From contig JANYHM010000093.1 of NCBI GenBank assembly GCA_025359065.1, forward strand, positions 22,571 through 86,570: 64,000 nucleotides of DNA, written 5' to 3'. This document shows, piece after piece, positions 50,466 through 61,727 of this stretch (position 1 is its first letter; each line of letters begins with the position of its first letter). Position numbers and translations under genes: made by a program. The notes under the pieces are model-generated. The model saw nothing but the letters and a program-made list of their open reading frames with translations. It searched no databases and was not told the origin of the DNA. Source of the DNA: Synechococcales cyanobacterium GL140_1_metabinner_5_sub. GTDB lineage: Bacteria > Cyanobacteriota > Cyanobacteriia > Cyanobacteriales > Chamaesiphonaceae.

Positions 50466-52070
50466 TCAAGGCATTGTAGTTAGCTCGATCAAGAATTCTA
50501 AACTCTGACCCTGATCACTCCCAAACTTTAACTGCATCCCCGATTTGAGGGGCAGCTCTTGGTGGTGAATTTTTTGCCAGCCCTGGGTAGTTTGCACCAA
50601 AGTACCAAAACGAGAGAAATCTCGCAGAAAATAGCCAGGAGTCTCATCGGTACTGCTGTTACGATAGATTACTTCGGCGTGCCTTTGCGATACCCAAGGT
50701 TCAGAAATAATCAAATCATTGTCACCCGATCGACCGACCCGCATTAAACCACCCTGGATCGGAAAGTTTTGGGTGGCTGTCACCAATGAGCGCAAACAAG
50801 CATTAGGAATGCTGTTGGACAGGTAAGGCATCTCCGTGACAGCCTCGGTCACTGGTTTTAGCAACTCACCATCATATTCTGGGTGCATATACAGCACCGG
50901 CAAAGTCCAAGCGGGCTGATTAAACTTATACAGCGTTAACAAATGCTGGCGCGCTGCCGCCATTGCTTCATCTACCGATAGACGCATGGCCAAGGATTGG
51001 GTGAAAGCCTGAATAAAACTAATAGCTTCATGATCAGCGATCGTATCTCGCATTGCCAAAATTGCCGGTACGCCGTGGTGTAACAAAACTTCTGCCATAC
51101 TGCTACGAGGCACTGACTGCTTGGCTTCTTGATATGGCTGTGCGCCCCAGCAGGAATTAAACACGGCCAGTTTTACTTGTTTGCGCACCAAGACCTGGGC
51201 TAACTCTGTGCCATTAATATTGGCATCGGGGCGCAGAAATAATATGCCCCCGTCTGCTCCGGGCATCCCATGTCCGGCATAGAAAAATAAATTGTAATTA
51301 CCAGCATCTAAAGTATCAATCAGCTTACTGCGAGATGGCTGGGTCAACACATCTACTTGACAGCTTGCCGGGGGGAGTCGATCAGTAGGAGCAAAACCAC
51401 TGGCATAGGTGTTTCGTAAAACTTCGGCGATCGCTGCTGCTTCGCGGTCTAACGAAAGATTATGGCCTTCTAGATCTTCGCCACCCAATACCAGCAAAAT
51501 CTTTATTGATCGATCGTTTCGTTGGGGTGGTAATCGATCGACATCACTGCTGGTGCGGCTAAAAAGTAACTGCTGATTTAAAGATACCGCTGGTTTACCG
51601 GGCTGGGGCTGCAAAATTTCCCAGGGAAACGAAATCAAGTTTGGATCACGAATATCTAAGCGCAGACGTAGAGGGCGAGTCTTGCCGCCCGCAATCCCCT
51701 GACTGTGGGCAAAAGCGGTGTCGATCGCCCCAGAAAATAGCCATTGCCACATCACCAGCCCCAAATGCTGCATCAGCCTGGTACTCTGGTTAGCTGGTGG
51801 CAGGTCATCGATCGACGAACTACCGACTACTGCAGAAGCCGTTAATTGAGGATAGAGATTGCAATCAAAACTAGAGCTAAACATTTCTTGCCAAGAGTGC
51901 CAAGCTTCGGTCAGTCGATCGTCCCAATTACAGTCATGGTGAACATACCCCCCTGGGTAGGGAGCCTTGAGTACCCAGATCGCATAGTTTTGCGGCTCGC
52001 TGCTAACGAGCTTTTCCAGAGCCAAGCTAAGAGAGGGATGATCATGACTAGACATTAACAGCGGCCACAA
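50466..52070 (-). CDS. CHAT-domain (caspase/separase-like) protein with a C-terminal FHA domain
   Basis: CHAT His/Cys dyad context (LFFYAGHG...AVFNSCWGA). FHA signature GRSGDNDLIISEPWVSQRHAEV...RDFSRFGTLV. Confidence 0.75.
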   Translation of the reverse strand: MWPLLMSSHDHPSLSLALEKLVSSEPQNYAIWVLKAPYPGGYVHHDCNWDDRLTEAWHSWQEMFSSSFDCNLYPQLTASAVVGSSSIDDLPPANQSTRLMQHLGLVMWQWLFSGAIDTAFAHSQGIAGGKTRPLRLRLDIRDPNLISFPWEILQPQPGKPAVSLNQQLLFSRTSSDVDRLPPQRNDRSIKILLVLGGEDLEGHNLSLDREAAAIAEVLRNTYASGFAPTDRLPPASCQVDVLTQPSRSKLIDTLDAGNYNLFFYAGHGMPGADGGILFLRPDANINGTELAQVLVRKQVKLAVFNSCWGAQPYQEAKQSVPRSSMAEVLLHHGVPAILAMRDTIADHEAISFIQAFTQSLAMRLSVDEAMAAARQHLLTLYKFNQPAWTLPVLYMHPEYDGELLKPVTEAVTEMPYLSNSIPNACLRSLVTATQNFPIQGGLMRVGRSGDNDLIISEPWVSQRHAEVIYRNSSTDETPGYFLRDFSRFGTLVQTTQGWQKIHHQELPLKSGMQLKFGSDQGQSLEFLIELTTMP

Positions 52071-52225
52071 AGATGACTAAAACGGTTTGAGAAGGCTTGC
52101 CAGATTGATGGACTTGGTAATAGAGTATCTAATACATTCTAACGGATAACCCACAATATATATTCCGGCTGCCATCCTTTGACTTGATTAAACGATGTCA
52201 AATGTAGTTCATTGTCCAGCAAAAA

Positions 52226-53911
<1,686 letters not shown>

Positions 53912-54124
53912 TCATTTTGCCACAGATCGCCACAAATCAACCGATCTAATTTTATGCCTTTACGGATTGAGGCAAGTATGATGCGCTGTGGCCGCACTGA
54001 GATAATACTGCGGTCTTTTTTAATGATGCAATTGAGGTTCTAACGTCACTACAAAATTAATTAAACCACTACAAAAATATGATGTTTTAGTGGTTGGTTG
54101 ATTTGGTCATTTTTATCGCATTAA

Positions 54125-54616
54125 CTATTTTCCACCGGGATTACTTCTTAGGGGAGCATCATGACTCCAAATCCCCACTGCCATCAAGCGAGCATAAGCC
54201 TGAGCACGGACAAACTGCCGTTCGTATTTAGGCAACACATATTGAGTCGTTGCCAGTCCCTGACCTTCCCTGACCAACTGCTCATTCACTAAAATATTAT
54301 TGCGCCAGAGATATCCATATCGATAGTTGCCAGACCCTTTCGGCTCCGTTGGCTCTAGCTCCAAAGAAAACTTTCGATCGGACTCTTGAATAATTGCTTC
54401 TAAGCGATCTTTGGCTGCTGGCCCCCAAGGTTTTTGGTTAAAATTCGGGGCACTTACCCCCACCAATCGCACTTTTTGTACTTGACCAGCCAAAGTCAGC
54501 TCCACAGTACTGCCACTCAGGGCGCGATCGACCATCACCATCTGCCGTGTAGAATCCGGTGATTGGCAGGCTACCAACAGCCACAGTAAGGCCACCCACA
54601 CAACAATAATCTTCAT
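54125..54616 (-). CDS. Thermonuclease (SNase-like) family secreted or lipoprotein nuclease
   Basis: Signal peptide with LVAC, the SNase core RLVGVSAPN and RYGYLW...NEQLVREGQG. Confidence 0.7.
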   Translation of the reverse strand: MKIIVVWVALLWLLVACQSPDSTRQMVMVDRALSGSTVELTLAGQVQKVRLVGVSAPNFNQKPWGPAAKDRLEAIIQESDRKFSLELEPTEPKGSGNYRYGYLWRNNILVNEQLVREGQGLATTQYVLPKYERQFVRAQAYARLMAVGIWSHDAPLRSNPGGK

Positions 54617-54622
54617 TTTTGA

Positions 54623-55003
54623 CTAATCTTCGTCCAGCGGCAGGGCATATTTCACTTTGCCTTTGGCAAAATAGCGACCAAACTGCTGCTCGTAAACCTC
54701 ATCTTCATCCTGGGTTTCTACCACCAAATCAGACTGGGCATAGCTGACACAGAGCAGCGCATAGCCTTTTTTGCGCAGTCCCGGCGACAAACCCATGGCA
54801 TCGGGCTGAGTCAGATGACCAGATTTCACCCGTACCGCGCAGGAAGTACAGGCTCCTTGGCGACAGGCAAAAGGTAGCTCCGCTCCCTGGTTTTCGGCGG
54901 TTTGTAAGATGTACCGATCAGATCTGGCCTGGATGATGTACTCCTGATGGCGCTGTCGATCGATAATCGTAACTTGATAAGTTTGTTCGCTGTTAAGGGT
55001 CAT
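54623..55003 (-). CDS. Plant-type [2Fe-2S] ferredoxin with a C-terminal extension
   Basis: CRQGACTSCA (Cx4Cx2C) plus the LLC fourth Cys. 126 aa. Confidence 0.8.
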   Translation of the reverse strand: MTLNSEQTYQVTIIDRQRHQEYIIQARSDRYILQTAENQGAELPFACRQGACTSCAVRVKSGHLTQPDAMGLSPGLRKKGYALLCVSYAQSDLVVETQDEDEVYEQQFGRYFAKGKVKYALPLDED

Positions 55004-55054
55004 AGGTGCTTCACAGAAATCCTTTGTTTATCTCAATGGGTTTATCTTAATGGA

Positions 55055-56359
55055 TTAGGCACGACTATCCCAGGCCGCAGCGGCTGCTTGCAAAGCCTGA
55101 TCTACGGTTTGTTCACCCGCCATGGCGGCTTGGAGAGCTTCGTAGATGGCTTTTTTCAGGACGTTGATATCTTTGATAGGAGGGATTAGGACTTCGGCTC
55201 GATCGAGCTGGCTAGCGCTGATGACCTTGCCTTGAGCCAAAGGCTCGCCAGCATTCAGTCCGGCCTTATAATCTTCCAGGGCTTTGGTCTGAGAAGGCAA
55301 GGTGTCCGAAGAATTAGCAAAAGCAAGCTGATTGACAGCGTTAGTAATAAACAGGGCAAATTTAACGGCAGCGGCAGATTTTTTGCTGCTGGCCGGAATC
55401 ACCAGATTCATCACGGCAGCGCTGATTTTGTTGGTTTGGCCGCTGATTTGGGGGGCGATCGCCGATACCTTGGCAATAGTCGGAGCATTTTTGGCAATGT
55501 CGTTAATGGTGGGTGCTCCGGCAAACAGCATTGCCACCTCACCGGCTTGATAGAGCTGGTTTCCTTGCTTGTGTCCCTCAGTCAAAACTGTTTTGGGCAA
55601 CAATCCTTGCTTATACAGGTCTACCCAATATTGGAAGGCTGCTTTGCCTAAGGGGCTATTGAATGCTGCTTTCCCGGCAGGGTTAACTAGTTCTACGCCC
55701 ATTTGCACCAATGATTCCAGCACGTCGTTAGCATCTTCGGCCAGCAGGGTAGCAAAAAAGGCATACTTGCCAGTTTTTTCTTTGATCTGTTTGGCCGCTA
55801 CGGCCAGCTCTTGATAGGTTTTAGGTGGTTTGGCAATCCCGGCTTTTTTGAACAGCTCTTGGTTATATATAGTGATATTAGTGGTGATGTACCAAGGTAA
55901 ACCAAAGATTTTGTTGTTGAGACTATTGGCTCTCAACATGCCCGGTAAGTAAGACTTCTCAGCTCCTGCTAAAGTTTTCTCGTCTAGTTCTAGCCAAGCA
56001 TTTTTGGCGGCCAACTGGGAGGCAAAATCTGGGTTGAGGTTGACTACATCTGGGGCATTTTTGGCCTGCATGGCAGCCAGGATTTTGCTTTCCATGCCTG
56101 CCCAGGGCACATCGACCCATTTGACTTTGATGCCGGGGTTAGCTTGCTCAAAATTTCCGATCGCATCGTTGAAATATTTGGTGAATTTGGGTTGCAGTTG
56201 CATTGTCCAAAATTCGATCTCGTTACTACTGGCTGTCTCTCCACTATTGGATCCGGCTGCTTTGCCATCTTGATTTTTTTTGCCGCCCAAACAACTGACG
56301 AGCAATGTCGAGAGTACTCCCAGTCCAGAGTAGATAAAAAAGTGTCGCCGAGTTTTCAT
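55055..56359 (-). CDS. ABC transporter substrate-binding lipoprotein, sugar (family 1 SBP); orphan
   Basis: Signal peptide with LVSC lipobox and a MalE-like fold. No permease or ATPase gene is adjacent. Confidence 0.7.
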   Translation of the reverse strand: MKTRRHFFIYSGLGVLSTLLVSCLGGKKNQDGKAAGSNSGETASSNEIEFWTMQLQPKFTKYFNDAIGNFEQANPGIKVKWVDVPWAGMESKILAAMQAKNAPDVVNLNPDFASQLAAKNAWLELDEKTLAGAEKSYLPGMLRANSLNNKIFGLPWYITTNITIYNQELFKKAGIAKPPKTYQELAVAAKQIKEKTGKYAFFATLLAEDANDVLESLVQMGVELVNPAGKAAFNSPLGKAAFQYWVDLYKQGLLPKTVLTEGHKQGNQLYQAGEVAMLFAGAPTINDIAKNAPTIAKVSAIAPQISGQTNKISAAVMNLVIPASSKKSAAAVKFALFITNAVNQLAFANSSDTLPSQTKALEDYKAGLNAGEPLAQGKVISASQLDRAEVLIPPIKDINVLKKAIYEALQAAMAGEQTVDQALQAAAAAWDSRA

Positions 56360-56475
56360 ACGATATTGCCGAAACGCGATTCAGCGCCTATTTTGCCATG
56401 GATTTGACCCGATTGGCTATTTTCTATGGCAACGAGCCTGTTTCTTTAGGGTTAGGCTCTTTTTACAATGCCAAA

Positions 56476-56521
56476 AATGGCAGTCGATCGGTTGGGTTGT
56501 TACCTCCGATCAACTGCCATT
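56476..56521 (-). terminator. Long nested hairpin (9+6 bp stem, 14-nt loop) downstream of the ABC operon
   Basis: aatggcagt-c-gatcgg ... ccgatc-a-actgccatt. A partial U-run follows on the minus strand. Confidence 0.4.
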
Positions 56522-56564
56522 ACTGCAAAATTACCGTTGTTAATCAGCGCTCAACAAGATTCAA

Positions 56565-57554
56565 TTACTTCCCGAGAACGATCGAGTCATCATATAAAGA
56601 CTCTGCTTTCATCGGCTTGACAATCACCTTGAACTCTTCAGCAGCCTTGGCCATCAGCTCTAAATTGGCGATTAGGCTCTTCGGATTGCTTTTATTAAAG
56701 CCAATTGACTTATTACCATCTAGGTCAAATACTTTCACTCCGGTCAACTGTTCTTTTACTTCGTCTGATGTGATGCTCATCTTTTCAGCCGAAATTTTGA
56801 TAGCCTCTGGATCGCCACCATTTACTAGCTTCACAGATTTATCTACGGCACGGAGGTAAGCTTGGAGGTCTTTCTTACGGGTTTGGATTAATTTGTCTTT
56901 GACTACAATTACATCGGCAATTAGGTTAGTATCTTTCGTAGAAAAAACTACCTTTCCACCACCTATTTTGGCATTTTTAGTCAAAAACGGTTCAAAAGTG
57001 ACTGCCATATCTACTTTTTTTGCAGCAAAAGCGGTGCCTGCATCTGAAGCTGGTATATCCTGAACTTTTAAATCTTTTTCAGTCAACCCACCTTGCTTTA
57101 AATACGCTTGCAGTAACACCTTTTCAAACAGAACATTTTCCCGTGCTATGCTTTTACCTTTGGCATCTTTGGGCGCAGTAATATTACGACCAATAATTCC
57201 ATCAGCACCATTGGAATAATCTACTAAGTAAATTACTTTAAGAGACGGGTCTTTTTCTATAACCTGAATGGCATCACCTGATGTCAACCAAGCAATTTCT
57301 ATCTTGCCTGCTAACAAAGCAGTTACTTCATCACTAGTATTTGCAAAAGTTTTATCCTGAATATTTAATCCCTCCTGGGCAAAAAATCCTTTTTTATTTG
57401 CCACATAATTACCGGAGTATCCAACCCAAGAGATATCGCCAGAAACCATGGGAGCAGATAAAGAAGCTTTTGGTTGTTGAGTGCAAGCCACGGCTAGTCC
57501 TAACGTTACTAAGGATAAAGATATCCAACGAAGCAATGAAGATATTCTTGACAT
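56565..57554 (-). CDS. NitT/TauT-family (NMT1/SsuA-like) ABC substrate-binding lipoprotein
   Basis: Signal peptide with AVAC lipobox and an NMT1-like periplasmic domain. Confidence 0.75.
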   Translation of the reverse strand: MSRISSLLRWISLSLVTLGLAVACTQQPKASLSAPMVSGDISWVGYSGNYVANKKGFFAQEGLNIQDKTFANTSDEVTALLAGKIEIAWLTSGDAIQVIEKDPSLKVIYLVDYSNGADGIIGRNITAPKDAKGKSIARENVLFEKVLLQAYLKQGGLTEKDLKVQDIPASDAGTAFAAKKVDMAVTFEPFLTKNAKIGGGKVVFSTKDTNLIADVIVVKDKLIQTRKKDLQAYLRAVDKSVKLVNGGDPEAIKISAEKMSITSDEVKEQLTGVKVFDLDGNKSIGFNKSNPKSLIANLELMAKAAEEFKVIVKPMKAESLYDDSIVLGK

Positions 57555-57650
57555 AAAAATATGAAGTTTAAGGGGATTGAAGATTGATTAGATAGAGTTT
57601 AATCTCGCACATTTTGGTTTGACTAGTTAGTCTTTCTATTAATGTTAATA

Positions 57651-58508
57651 CTAATGACGTACTTGGTCTGCCCAAGGAGTTAGCTTTTTTGACAACCATT
57701 TCAACGCATAGTCTAAGAATAAGCCGATCACCCCAATCAGCATAATACAAAACAATACTCTGTCTGTCCGAAAAAGACGCTGAGACTGAATTATTTTAAA
57801 ACCCAGACCATTTTGAGCTGCTAGTACTTCGGCGATTACCACAAAATTCCAAGCCCCCGAAATATTCACCCGTAGGGTATCTAATACACTTGGGAAAGTC
57901 GCAGGGATAATTACTTTCCCAAGAACATCCCAACGACTGGCTCCCATGGTATAAGCCACATTGATCATTTCGTTAGGAATAAATTTGACAGCATCAGCTA
58001 CCATAATAATGTTGTACAACACCACACCCAACGAAATTATCAAAATCTTGGAGGGTTCATCTAAGCCAACCCAAATAATAATGAGCGGCACAAATCCGGT
58101 AGTCGGCATATAGCGCACTGTGCCCACTAATGGCGAGAGCAAGCTATCCATGCTATGAAAAGTACCAATTGCTAGACCAACTGGTACACCAATTACTGCG
58201 GCTAATACAAAACCTGCTAATACCCGAGCGCAACTAGCAAATACATCTGCCCACAAATTGTTCTCGGCAAACATCGTGATCCCGGTACTCAGAACTGCTA
58301 GAGGCGTGGGAAGAAAGGTAGCTGGCACTAGTTCTGTAGTGCTAACAATTGTCCAAACAGTCAAAGGTAGCACCAATGACATAATGATTAGTACTATTGA
58401 GATCTGTCTAGGAAAGCCCTGACGAATACTCCAAAAAGTCGAGTTTGGCAAATAGCTATACTGCCTTTTAATCAGTTCGGGGGGAGGATTAGGAATAGAT
58501 TCGAACAC
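57651..58508 (-). CDS. NitT/TauT-family ABC permease
   Basis: Six TM segments with the EAA-like loop (MGASRWDVLGKVIIPATFPS). Confidence 0.8.
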   Translation of the reverse strand: MFESIPNPPPELIKRQYSYLPNSTFWSIRQGFPRQISIVLIIMSLVLPLTVWTIVSTTELVPATFLPTPLAVLSTGITMFAENNLWADVFASCARVLAGFVLAAVIGVPVGLAIGTFHSMDSLLSPLVGTVRYMPTTGFVPLIIIWVGLDEPSKILIISLGVVLYNIIMVADAVKFIPNEMINVAYTMGASRWDVLGKVIIPATFPSVLDTLRVNISGAWNFVVIAEVLAAQNGLGFKIIQSQRLFRTDRVLFCIMLIGVIGLFLDYALKWLSKKLTPWADQVRH

Positions 58509-58571
58509 TGAATATAAACTCCGCTAGAGTAAAAAATTAACTAAAGATATTTTAGATGAAAAATGTTGATT

Positions 58572-59339
58572 TCATTGGTTAATACCTATCTCAGGGCAAC
58601 CGGGCTGCCTTCGTCGATCGAGATATTCAGCAAGGATCTCTAGATAGCGATCTTTGCCGAAAGTTTGATAATGTCCAGGGTAAACCATATCTATTGGCAA
58701 TTTTTGCAGTCTTTGGTAGGTGTTAATGTAGTCTGGAATATTACTACAGTGCAGTTTGTCTAGTAATTCTCCGTCGTAAATAACGTCTCCAGAAAACAGC
58801 GCTTGCGATCGCCTGTCATATAAGGCAATACAACCCGCTGAATGTCCTGGTAAATGTAGAACTTCTAAAGCTCGATCGCCCAGATCTAGCACATCCCCTT
58901 CTTGCAAAATCTGAGTGGGTTCAGAGGCATTAAAGGTGTATTCTTCAACGGTAAAACCACTGTAGGGGAGGCACTCAAAATGATCTGAATGCACCCAACC
59001 TGGTTGAGAGCAAAGCGCTTCGTGGGCATCACCCTCCCGTAGAGCCTGTGCTTCTGCGGCATGAATTGCTCGTTCCTCGAACTCGTAAATACCTCCAGCG
59101 TGGTCAAAGTGGATGTGAGAGGCGATCGCTAACAGCGGTTTATCAATCAACCCTGCAATATGCTGGCGCAGACTTGCCACCCCTAAGCCAGTATCAATCA
59201 ACAAGTCTTGGTCTCGTCCTTTAATTAGCCACAAGTTGGCGCGGTTATAAGAGTAATAATAGGGTTCGGTAATTAAATACAGTCCCTCATCAACTTGCTG
59301 AGTGGCAAACCAGCTATCACAGACTTTTTTATTGGTCAT
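58572..59339 (-). CDS. MBL-fold metallo-hydrolase embedded in the ABC operon
   Basis: HIHFDH (HxHxDH), HLPGHS, SGD and PGHY make a complete binuclear Zn ligand set. 255 aa. Confidence 0.8.
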   Translation of the reverse strand: MTNKKVCDSWFATQQVDEGLYLITEPYYYSYNRANLWLIKGRDQDLLIDTGLGVASLRQHIAGLIDKPLLAIASHIHFDHAGGIYEFEERAIHAAEAQALREGDAHEALCSQPGWVHSDHFECLPYSGFTVEEYTFNASEPTQILQEGDVLDLGDRALEVLHLPGHSAGCIALYDRRSQALFSGDVIYDGELLDKLHCSNIPDYINTYQRLQKLPIDMVYPGHYQTFGKDRYLEILAEYLDRRRQPGCPEIGINQ

Positions 59340-59344
59340 AGAAT

Positions 59345-60199
59345 TTAGTGGCGCTGACGCATCATATTAATTACTTGCCGTTTGATATCCACAAACTCTG
59401 GGGAGAGCTTGATATCTAGTTCCCGATGTTGGGGCAAACGAATGGGAATCTCACCTTTCACCTGACCAAGCCCCAACACATAAATTCGTTGGGCAAGATA
59501 GATAGCTTCTTCCACGTCATGAGTAATCATCAACACAGTTACATGAGTCTTTTCCCATAGTTCTAGCAAGAACTCCTGCATCTGCTCTTTAGTTTGGGCA
59601 TCTAGGGCACCAAAAGGCTCATCCATAAGTAATACAGCCGGTTCATTGGCTAGGGCACGGGCGATCGCCACCCGCTGTTTCATGCCGCCAGATAACTGTT
59701 TGGGATAGTTATTGGCAAAATTTTCTAGCCCGACTACATTTAAAAAATAATTTACCTGATCTTTTTGATCGGCTTTACTCATACCCTGAAACTGTAGGCC
59801 GAAGGCCACATTTTGAGCTACCGTTAGCCAAGGGTATAGAGTGTAGCCTTGAAAGACCATCCCTCGATCGGAGCCGGGTCGCCCAGTAACAGATTGACCA
59901 TCGACTAAGACTTCGCCAGTAGAAGGTGGTAAAAGTCCAGCAATAATATTGAGTAACGTGGATTTGCCACAACCAGAGGTGCCTACCAGACAAATAAATT
60001 CACGCGGAAATATTTTGATATTGATGTCTTGCAGCACTGTTAAAAGTTGTTTGCCTTTGCCAGCATAGACTTTAGAGACATTTTCCACTTCTAGCTTGGG
60101 AAAGCAGTTCAAAGATACTTGATGTGTCTCTGAAGAAGACTGAGATTCATTCTGGTCGATGGCATAGTCTTGCATAAGTTTTGTGGGTTTATGAGCCAA
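59345..60199 (-). CDS. NitT/TauT-family ABC ATP-binding protein
   Basis: Walker A GTSGCGKST, signature LSGGMKQR and Walker B LLMDEPF. Confidence 0.85.
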   Translation of the reverse strand: MAHKPTKLMQDYAIDQNESQSSSETHQVSLNCFPKLEVENVSKVYAGKGKQLLTVLQDINIKIFPREFICLVGTSGCGKSTLLNIIAGLLPPSTGEVLVDGQSVTGRPGSDRGMVFQGYTLYPWLTVAQNVAFGLQFQGMSKADQKDQVNYFLNVVGLENFANNYPKQLSGGMKQRVAIARALANEPAVLLMDEPFGALDAQTKEQMQEFLLELWEKTHVTVLMITHDVEEAIYLAQRIYVLGLGQVKGEIPIRLPQHRELDIKLSPEFVDIKRQVINMMRQRH

Positions 60200-60610
60200 T
60201 CACTATCTAAATAGGCTTGGTGATATGGATCACTGCATTATCTATTGTTGTGTGAAAGTTGCAAATTAAGTTGAAACTGCTAACAACCAGAGACCTCGAC
60301 TAAAACTCTACTGAGTTATTTGTCTTAAGACGAAAGACTCGAAATTTAAAGGTTAGCATACTTTAGAATATTAGATACTAGTCCTAAACAAAGTCTGCCT
60401 AAAGCAAAATATATCAATCCATTACTCAGAAACAGTAGAGACTTTTGGCTTAAAATCTTAGCCTTCTCACTTTTTAGAATCCCATCAATTCATAAATCAG
60501 TCAAACCGCGCGATTTGCAGTTAGATTATTTCTGAAAAACAATATTTACTTCGATCTCCGTGATATTCTCGATATTGCCATTTCAGCACAGATGTATAAG
60601 GGATCAATCG

Positions 60611-61588
60611 ATGCTTCCAGCTAAATCCAAGAATATTACGGCAATCGCCTATGTATTTGCAACCTATGTTGCAGGTATTGTAATGGTTTTACAGCAGTCT
60701 TGGGCACTGAATTTTTTGGGCGTAGTCTTCATCACACACAGCTTGGTGATTTCTACTGCTTTGACCCATGAGTTTATCCATGGCAACATTTTTAAGTCTC
60801 GCCAGCTCAATGTATTTTGGGGCGAGATCATGACCCATCTAAACGGAGCATGCTATGCTCCCTGGAAGAATTTGGTAGAGCATCACTTCAACCACCATTT
60901 ACACCATATAGATGTGGTGAGATTTGATGTAGTGCAGTATCTGAACCAAGATATTAATTTTTTGCAGCGATCAATTTATGTAGTGCTAGAGTGGTTATAT
61001 TTCCCCGCATTAGATTTTGAAATGCGCTGGCGGATTATTTTTGATCCTGTGATGGATGCCAAAAAACGGTACTTGCTAGGACGCACTATTTTCTGGGTCG
61101 TTTTTCGCACCCTTGGCTTTGGTCTGTTGGCTTGGATCTCAGTGAAAGCCCTACTGCTCTATTTTCTGGCTTATATCTCTTTTGTAAATGTGAACCGCTT
61201 TATCGATGCCTTTCAGCATACTTATGAGTACACAATCACAGGACAGGAGTTCCCCTCGCTCGATCGAGGTTACGAACAAAAAAATACATTTTCTAATTTA
61301 GTGTCGGTGAGATATCCTTGGCTAAACTTGCTGTATCTCAATTTTGGCTATCACAATGCTCATCATCACAATATGAGCTGCCCTTGGCATGAGTTACCAG
61401 CGTTGCATAATAAACTCTATGGCAAAATACAGGATTGTTTACTGCCGCTACCTTTATTAATAGGTAACTATCATCGTTTTCGACTGCGTCGTTTGTTTTC
61501 TGGGCAGGGAACAATAAATCTCGAAAGAGAGCAGTTCTTAGCCTCTTTTACTGGTGGTGTAGCGATTTCGCTGTTAACTCCTCCTTAA
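60611..61588 (+). CDS. Fatty-acid-desaturase-family membrane di-iron enzyme (unknown substrate)
   Basis: His boxes HEFIHG, HHFNHHLHH and HNAHHH. I set the start at the MLPAKSK Met; the track ORF starts at 60560. Confidence 0.65.
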   Translation: MLPAKSKNITAIAYVFATYVAGIVMVLQQSWALNFLGVVFITHSLVISTALTHEFIHGNIFKSRQLNVFWGEIMTHLNGACYAPWKNLVEHHFNHHLHHIDVVRFDVVQYLNQDINFLQRSIYVVLEWLYFPALDFEMRWRIIFDPVMDAKKRYLLGRTIFWVVFRTLGFGLLAWISVKALLLYFLAYISFVNVNRFIDAFQHTYEYTITGQEFPSLDRGYEQKNTFSNLVSVRYPWLNLLYLNFGYHNAHHHNMSCPWHELPALHNKLYGKIQDCLLPLPLLIGNYHRFRLRRLFSGQGTINLEREQFLASFTGGVAISLLTPP

Positions 61589-61727
61589 CTGTCAGGAAGT
61601 GCTGTGATTCCTTGCTGCCATAATTTATATTATCCCAGAATCAATATGGAGAGCAGAGGATGAGCTACTTTAAATCGCCTTCTGCTCCCCATGTTGATAT
61701 CAAAAATCTCTATTTTTAGTCATGTAT

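Noticed and set aside
55232-55814. Plus-strand ORFs inside the sugar-binding protein gene
   Set aside because: Antisense and low-complexity.
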